Source: Microthrixaceae bacterium (lineage in GTDB: Bacteria > Actinomycetota > Acidimicrobiia > Acidimicrobiales > VFJN01). From it: DNA of 64,000 bases. The position numbers were made by a program, and so were the translations under genes. Numbering within the stretch: position 1 is the stretch's first letter; each line of letters begins with the position of its first letter. This document shows positions 59,298-64,000 of the stretch, one piece after another. The notes beneath the pieces are model-generated. The model did no database searches and was not told the origin of the DNA. It saw only the letters and a program-made list of their open reading frames with translations. The DNA lies in assembly GCA_052386335.1 (NCBI GenBank), contig JBQTKH010000009.1:1842-65841 (forward strand), in the 5' to 3' direction.

Positions 59298-60698
59298 ATG
59301 GCAGTCACCGATCTGGACCTCTCGAAGTACAAGCTCGGTTGGAGCGACGCCGAGGACTACGTCTTCAAGCCCAAGAAGGGCCTGAACGAGGACATCATCC
59401 GCGAGATGAGCTGGATGAAGGGCGAGCCCGACTGGATGCTCGAGTTCCGCCTCCGTGCCTACCGTGCCTTCCTCAAGCGGCCCATGCCGAAGTGGGGCGG
59501 CGACATGTCGGAGATCTACCTCGACGACATCTACTACTACATCAAGCCCACCGCGGGTGGGGTCGTCGACCAGTGGGACGAGCTGCCCGACGCCATCAAG
59601 AACACCTACGAGAAGCTCGGCATCCCCGAGGCCGAGCGCAAGTACCTCGCCGGCGTCACCGCCCAGTACGAGTCCGAGGTGGTGTTCCACCGCAACCGCG
59701 AGGACCTCGAGCGTCAGGGCGTCATCTTCTGCGACATGGACACCGCGCTCAAGGAGTACCCCGAGCTCGTCAAGCAGTACTGGGCCAAGATCATCCCGCC
59801 CAACGACAACAAGTTCGCGTCGCTCAACAGCTCGGTGTGGTCGGGCGGCTCGTTCATCTACGTGCCGCCGGGTGTCGAGGTGGACATGCCGCTCCAGGCC
59901 TACTTCCGCATCAACGCGGAGAACATGGGCCAGTTCGAGCGCACGCTGATCATCGCGGACGAGGGCTCCAAGGTGCACTACATCGAGGGCTGCTCGGCCC
60001 CCGTGTACACCACCGACTCGCTGCACTCCGCGGTCGTCGAGATCGTCGTGAAGCCGTCTGCTCGCGTCACGTACACGACGATCCAGAACTGGTCGAACAA
60101 CGTCTTCAACCTCGTCACCAAGCGGGCTCGGGTCGAGGCCGAGGGCCACATGGAGTGGATCGACGGCAACATCGGCAGCCGCCTCACGATGAAGTACCCG
60201 GCCGTGTACATGGTGGGCCCGAAGGCTTCGGGCGAGGTGCTCTCGGTGGCCTACGCCGGCGCCGGCCAGCACCAGGACGCCGGCGCCAAGATGGTGCACG
60301 CCGCCCCGGAGACCACCTCCAAGATCGTCTCCAAGTCGATCTCGAAGGACGGCGGTCGCACCAGCTACCGCGGGCTGGTCCGAGTCGAAGACGACGCCTA
60401 CGGCTGCAAGAGCCACGTGCAGTGCGACGCCCTCATCCTCGACGAGGAGTCCATCAGCGACACCTTCCCCTACATGGAGGTCGGTGCTCGTGACGCGGTC
60501 GTGGGCCACGAGGCCACCGTGTCCAAGGTGGCCGACGAGCAGCTCTTCTACCTGATGAGCCGTGGCCTCTCCAACGAGCAGGCCATGGGCATGATCGTGA
60601 ACGGGTTCATCGAGCCCGTCACCCGCACCCTGCCCATGGAGTACGCGGTCGAGTGGAGCCGCCTCATCGAGCTCCAGATGGAAGGCTCCGTCGGCTGA
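59298..60698 (+). CDS. sufB: Fe-S cluster assembly protein SufB
   Basis: [42 protein letters not shown]. Confidence 0.97.
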   Translation: MAVTDLDLSKYKLGWSDAEDYVFKPKKGLNEDIIREMSWMKGEPDWMLEFRLRAYRAFLKRPMPKWGGDMSEIYLDDIYYYIKPTAGGVVDQWDELPDAIKNTYEKLGIPEAERKYLAGVTAQYESEVVFHRNREDLERQGVIFCDMDTALKEYPELVKQYWAKIIPPNDNKFASLNSSVWSGGSFIYVPPGVEVDMPLQAYFRINAENMGQFERTLIIADEGSKVHYIEGCSAPVYTTDSLHSAVVEIVVKPSARVTYTTIQNWSNNVFNLVTKRARVEAEGHMEWIDGNIGSRLTMKYPAVYMVGPKASGEVLSVAYAGAGQHQDAGAKMVHAAPETTSKIVSKSISKDGGRTSYRGLVRVEDDAYGCKSHVQCDALILDEESISDTFPYMEVGARDAVVGHEATVSKVADEQLFYLMSRGLSNEQAMGMIVNGFIEPVTRTLPMEYAVEWSRLIELQMEGSVG

Positions 60699-62787
60699 GG
60701 GCCGCACCGAACTGGTTGGTCCACGCGGTCAGGAGCTCGTGCACCACCAGGTCGGCTGGGTGTCGCCCCCACGCGGCATCGAGGGCGCGACGCCGCTGGT
60801 CCGCCCATCGCTCATCGCTCCAGGTGGTCGTGGCGTTCACGATCGCCGCAGCTCGATCGGCTCGAGCGACAGCGTCGGTGCCGTCGTAGCGGATCGCTCC
60901 GGAGGCCAGGTAGTCGGAGCCGTTCAGGGACCGGGCCAGGACGAGAGAACCCGACGCCATGGCCTCGATTGGGGAGATAGGCATCCCGAGCACGTGGTCC
61001 ACGCCGTGCGTGTGCAGGTAGATGCCAGCCCGCGCGGTGAGCTCTGCCGCCTCCCCATAGCCGAGGTCGGTGACGATCTCTACGGGCGATCCCAGCTCCT
61101 GGGCGCGCTGGATCAGCTCCTCGACCTTGTGCTCCGCCTGGTAGGCGTGACCCACGCCCAGTACGAACCGGAAGTCCGGGCAGCGACGTGCGGTCAGGAA
61201 GAACGTGTCGAGGTCCTTCGTGAGCAGCCCCGCGGAGAGCCTGACGACGAGGGTTCGGTCCTTGTCCGCCGTTGGCGAGATGCGTTCGGGGTCGAACCCC
61301 ACCGGGTGCGCCGTGACGTTCGGGTGGTCCTCGAGTCCGCCCATCATGTGTGGGAAGAGATGCAGCGCGACGCCGGGATCGCGCGCGAGCTCGGCGATCA
61401 CCTCGTCGTTGTGGTCGAACCCATGGCATCGGACGGCGTGCGGGATGCCAAGTGAGCGAGTCACCTCTCGGTGATCACGACCGACGTGGAGCCAGTGAGT
61501 CAGGACGAGGTTGGGCCGGAAGTCGGCGATGTGCTCGGCGAGGTCGCCGCGGCGCCAGGTCACCCCCGGCTCGTAGGCGGCGGCAACGCCTTCGTCAGAC
61601 CACACCTCCACCTCCGCGCCCAGGGCCCGGAGTCCGACGATGTCTGCCTGGATGTAGGTCTCGGTCACCTGAGGGAAGTGCCACTCCGACACCAGGACCC
61701 GAAGCCCGGCGGCCGGCTGGCCGATCACACGCCGCCGGATCGCGTGAAACGCGGGTCCCCACGGCTCCCGGGACGAGATTCGGTCGGGACGGGTGCCGTC
61801 GTAGACCTGACCGATGCGAGGGATGCGCGCCGGCGGCGTCAGGGCGTTGAGGCGAATCACGAGGTCCCAGTCGGCGAGCCGCGGGAGCGATTCGTCGAAG
61901 GGGGCGAGGCCCGGGCCCGATCCGTCACCGAGCTGTTCGAGCAGGGTCCGGCGGACGAGGACCGTCCCGAGGTCGATGAAGTTGGCATCGGCGAGCTCGG
62001 ACAGCGGGTTCAGCGTGTTCCGGACGTACTGCGGGGGTGACCCGCTGTCGAGGACGAGCTGCTGATCGAAGGCCCAACCGGCTGCGGGTGGCAGGCCGTC
62101 GACGGCGTCGGCCAACCTCGACGGAAGCCACCAGTTGTCCGAGTCGAGGAAGGCGACCAGGGCTCCCGCGCACTCGCGCAGTCCCCGGTTGCGAGCCACC
62201 GAGGCGCCCGAGGGGTCGATCCGAACGACACGGATTCGAGGGTCGTCGAGATCGATCCCGAGCACCAGGCTGACGGGCACAACACTTCCGTCATCGACGA
62301 TGACGAGCTCCCAGCCCTGGTAGGTCTGGGCCAGAACGGACCTGACTGCCTGACGCAGCTGCTCTGGTCGGTCGCGCACGGGGACGACGATCGAGACGAG
62401 GGGGCCATCCGTCGCCGATCCATCCGCCCCCGAGGTGGCGACATGCTCGACCAACGCACCCATCGTCGTGCCGATGCGGTCCCAGGACTCGTGTGCGAGG
62501 TTCTCGCGGGCGGTCAGGTCATGACGGACGTTGGCCAGCTCAAGCGTCAGCACGTGCACGGCATGACGCAGAAGCTGCATGTCATGTCGGAGCGAGTCGC
62601 GCTCCGCAGCGTGCTCCGACGCCAGCTGGTGCGTCGAGCGCTGGGTGAGGTCGACGTGCTCACGGAGGAGGACGAACTGCTCCATCGTCGCTGCGGGATG
62701 TCGAAGGATCCGAGCGACGACGCGCCTCAGCCGGCGAGGCATCGCGCCCAACCGAGTGGTGCGATCGTCAGGCTCGGGGTCAGGCAC
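60664..62787 (-). CDS. Multidomain glycosyltransferase (coiled coil + GT2 + GT-B-like)
   Basis: VSIVVP, IVDDGS, ARNRGL, FLDSD; C-terminal ETYI and [13 protein letters not shown]. Confidence 0.85.
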   Translation of the reverse strand: MPDPEPDDRTTRLGAMPRRLRRVVARILRHPAATMEQFVLLREHVDLTQRSTHQLASEHAAERDSLRHDMQLLRHAVHVLTLELANVRHDLTARENLAHESWDRIGTTMGALVEHVATSGADGSATDGPLVSIVVPVRDRPEQLRQAVRSVLAQTYQGWELVIVDDGSVVPVSLVLGIDLDDPRIRVVRIDPSGASVARNRGLRECAGALVAFLDSDNWWLPSRLADAVDGLPPAAGWAFDQQLVLDSGSPPQYVRNTLNPLSELADANFIDLGTVLVRRTLLEQLGDGSGPGLAPFDESLPRLADWDLVIRLNALTPPARIPRIGQVYDGTRPDRISSREPWGPAFHAIRRRVIGQPAAGLRVLVSEWHFPQVTETYIQADIVGLRALGAEVEVWSDEGVAAAYEPGVTWRRGDLAEHIADFRPNLVLTHWLHVGRDHREVTRSLGIPHAVRCHGFDHNDEVIAELARDPGVALHLFPHMMGGLEDHPNVTAHPVGFDPERISPTADKDRTLVVRLSAGLLTKDLDTFFLTARRCPDFRFVLGVGHAYQAEHKVEELIQRAQELGSPVEIVTDLGYGEAAELTARAGIYLHTHGVDHVLGMPISPIEAMASGSLVLARSLNGSDYLASGAIRYDGTDAVARADRAAAIVNATTTWSDERWADQRRRALDAAWGRHPADLVVHELLTAWTNQFGAALSRRSLPSGAR

Positions 62788-62838
62788 GATGGGTACGGTA
62801 GCGGCAGCCCGTGGCCACCTCACCGAGAGGCGCGTCGG

Positions 62839-63036
62839 TCAGCCGAGCTCGTCGTCGAAGACGTCTTCGATCTTGCAGGCGAACAGACGAGCGATGCGAA
62901 AGGCGAGGGGGAGGCTCGGGTCGTACTTGCCGGTCTCCAGCGCGTTCACCGTCTGACGGCTGACATCGAGCGCGTCGGCCAGATCGGCCTGACTCCAGTC
63001 GCGCTCGGCGCGGAAGACCTTGAGCCGGTTCTTCAT
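62839..63036 (-). CDS. Small XRE/Cro-CI HTH regulator
   Basis: SQADLA..VSRQTVNALETGKYDPSLPLAF. Confidence 0.95.
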   Translation of the reverse strand: MKNRLKVFRAERDWSQADLADALDVSRQTVNALETGKYDPSLPLAFRIARLFACKIEDVFDDELG

Positions 63037-63461
63037 TCGTTGGACTCGCCTGGTTCGGAGCGACCCCTGGCGAAGGCCATGCCGACCATCAGGCCGACGC
63101 CAGTCACCAGCAGCGTGACTCCGGGACGGACCCGAATGGAGTCGTCGAGAAGCCAGATCACGTAGGCGCCAACGCCATACGCGAGCACGATGGAGGTGGC
63201 GATCATCGCGGCTCTCCCCGCCAGCTCGCGCTCAATCCCCTCTCGGCGCGCGTCGAGCCAGAGGATCCCGAACGAGGTGCACCCCGCTAGCGCAGTCACC
63301 AGTGGCGCACTTCCTCCGTCGCTCGGCCATCCGAGCGCGGTGTCCACTCGAACCGCCGCGATCAGGGCGACGAGGTTGAACACGCGCACCGCCTTCCTGC
63401 GCCGTCGGCCCCGCACTCGGCGGGCTCGGTTGGCGGCGATCACCTCGTCGGGGCTGGTCAT
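63033..63461 (-). CDS. Membrane protein co-transcribed with the XRE regulator
   Basis: About four TM; ATGA overlap with the XRE gene. Confidence 0.65.
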   Translation of the reverse strand: MTSPDEVIAANRARRVRGRRRRKAVRVFNLVALIAAVRVDTALGWPSDGGSAPLVTALAGCTSFGILWLDARREGIERELAGRAAMIATSIVLAYGVGAYVIWLLDDSIRVRPGVTLLVTGVGLMVGMAFARGRSEPGESNE

Positions 63462-63502
63462 CGAACGCGACTGCGGCAGGGGATGAGCATGCCGACAGTC
63501 TG

Positions 63503-63537
63503 CAAGCAGACTTGTCAATCTGTCAAGGAAGCTTGTC
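63503..63537. promoter_or_regulatory. Two CAAG-N4-CTTG operators over minus-strand TTGACA boxes
   Basis: CAAGcagaCTTGTC (63503) and CAAGgaagCTTGTC (63524), 21 bp apart. Confidence 0.6.
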
Positions 63538-63588
63538 TTATAGGTCGGCTGCCGCAGCAATGAACACCACTGGTGGCACACTGGCGGC

Positions 63589-63939
63589 GTGCCGATGCGT
63601 GAGGACTGCAAGTACTTCGAGAGCCGGACCTACGGGAACGGCGAGACCGTTCGGAAGTGCGATCTCGACCTCGCGCCCGAGGCGCCGTGGCGGTGCCCGG
63701 AGAACTGCCCCAAGTTCACCAGGCGCCTTGCGGATGTGAACTGGAGCCACGGCACGCTCGTCACGCCGCCCACCCCCGACGAGCCGCTCGACGCGCTGGA
63801 CCGTGACGACGGCTCCGTGGCGGCCGTGCTCGATGAGGCCGAGGACTACATCAACTCGATCGGCGCCCAGGTCCTGGCCGACCTGGCCAAGGAGCAGTCG
63901 TCGGGCGGACGTCTCAAGCGGCTGTTCCGCCGCAAGTAG
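63589..63939 (+). CDS. Hypothetical protein with four-Cys N-terminal domain
   Basis: CKYFESRTY...KCDLDLAPEAPWRCPENC; strong GC3 bias. Confidence 0.75.
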   Translation: MPMREDCKYFESRTYGNGETVRKCDLDLAPEAPWRCPENCPKFTRRLADVNWSHGTLVTPPTPDEPLDALDRDDGSVAAVLDEAEDYINSIGAQVLADLAKEQSSGGRLKRLFRRK

Positions 63940-63940
63940 C

Positions 63941-63968
63941 AACCAACGTCTGTTCACAGACGTTGGTT
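63941..63968. terminator. Perfect 12-bp hairpin, probable bidirectional terminator
   Basis: AACCAACGTCTG-TTCA-CAGACGTTGGTT directly after the stop codon. Confidence 0.55.
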
Positions 63969-64000
63969 GGTTGGTTGGGGGGTTGGGGGGGTTCGCCGGT

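Noticed and set aside
59298-60698. Intein in SufB
   Set aside because: Normal length (~466 aa) and continuous motifs
63960-64000. GGTT/G-run tract as telomere-like or G-quadruplex element
   Set aside because: Short, cut by the window edge, and readable as a Pro-rich C-terminus of a minus-strand gene ending in the hairpin

Overview
High-GC actinobacterial chromosome segment; gene content suggests Acidimicrobiia (inference). It is mostly housekeeping and metabolic genes: lipid acyltransferase/epimerase, three F420-type luciferase-like oxidoreductases, divergent class I and class II fumarases, an mcd/mcl-like ethylmalonyl-CoA-pathway trio, MutY, SufB and ABC transporters. Main highlights: (1) a ~5.8 kb minimal integrative element in tRNA-Leu(TAA), with a tyrosine integrase, hicAB with operators, an excisionase, paired arm-type repeats at both ends, a swapped tRNA 3' half with compensatory changes, and the scar of an older sibling element just outside attR; (2) a 4-gene operon with a Liv-type binding protein, a fused LivH-LivM permease, an unusual MFS-LivF-LivG triple fusion and a membrane-anchored secreted protein; (3) a LexA-box-controlled DUF222-HNH gene; (4) an apparently ATPase-dead SMC/YhaN-like membrane protein; (5) a deletion that removed the 5' ends of two divergent genes. 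No CRISPR array or rRNA was seen. All calls come from reading the sequence and recalled family motifs; no searches were run.
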